NCBI RefSeq assembly: GCF_006345805.1
Contig: NC_042997.1
Coordinates: 174,220,001-174,284,000 of the forward strand
DNA from: Octopus sinensis
Lineage: Eukaryota
Reading direction: 5' to 3'
Length of the DNA: 64,000 nucleotides
The notes beneath the pieces are model-generated. The model searched no databases and had not been told where the DNA came from. It saw only the letters and a program-made list of their open reading frames with translations. The number at the start of each line of letters is the position of its first letter. The stretch's first letter is position 1. This document shows positions 63,524 to 64,000 of this stretch, piece by piece. A program made the translations under genes and the position numbers.

Positions 63524-64000
63524 ATTGATAAAAACGGTAAGATAACAAAAGAAAGAAAGAGACCTCAATATTATGTAAATAGAGGAAATTTATCTATAAA
63601 ATAATATGTTACAATTACTCAATAGTCAAGATAAAACTCTGAGTTTCAGATGCCGAAGTGGAAATCCACAACACTATCTCTTCGGTTATCTGGCCATCTG
63701 AAAAAACGCTATGAAAAAATACCATTATATAAAGGGAAATTACTGTGTTATAATTCTACTTCTTATATAAAATAAAATAAGATTAAAATTTCATAGTAAA
63801 ACACGTAAACATGGCTAGTCATACGCTCACATGTGCGCTCGCGGACCCACGTGCGTACTTATACGTCACTATGAAAACGTACACATCTTCACTTGCATTT
63901 TTCGCCAAATATATACGCATATATATTCAAACTCATACACACACACATGCGTACTGTAAAAGTTCATACGTACGTCTATATATGCACAAGCACAAGAAAG

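Overview
AT-rich, repeat-dominated eukaryotic DNA. The SINE families and dense (AT)n/(CA)n/(TATG)n/(TAGA)n/(AAT)n microsatellites point to an Octopus (cephalopod) genome; this is pattern recognition, not a database hit. I can support no host protein-coding gene, rRNA, true tRNA or CRISPR array. Almost all ORFs in the supplied track are microsatellite translations or antisense of transposon remnants. Supported content: (i) at least three tRNA-derived SINE families in many copies, some nested and with clear target-site duplications; (ii) LINE remnants of R4/Dong type (embedded in (AAT)n), CR1/L2 type, RTE type and HERO/R2 type; (iii) one GC-rich, 5'-truncated CR1/L2-type ORF2 (59.6-62.2 kb) with frameshifts but no nonsense codon that I could find; (iv) Penelope-like (PLE) RT and GIY-YIG remnants; (v) Tc1/mariner remnants, one internally inverted; (vi) Helitron pieces; (vii) several foldback elements. 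The most interesting hidden signal is four dispersed minimal type-I hammerhead-ribozyme-like motifs (20.7, 29.0, 41.2 and 52.2 kb), each with one or two deviations from the canonical core. One lies downstream of a PLE GIY-YIG ORF and one inside a foldback that looks like a MITE. The window also directly shows a SINE/LINE pair with a shared 3' tail.
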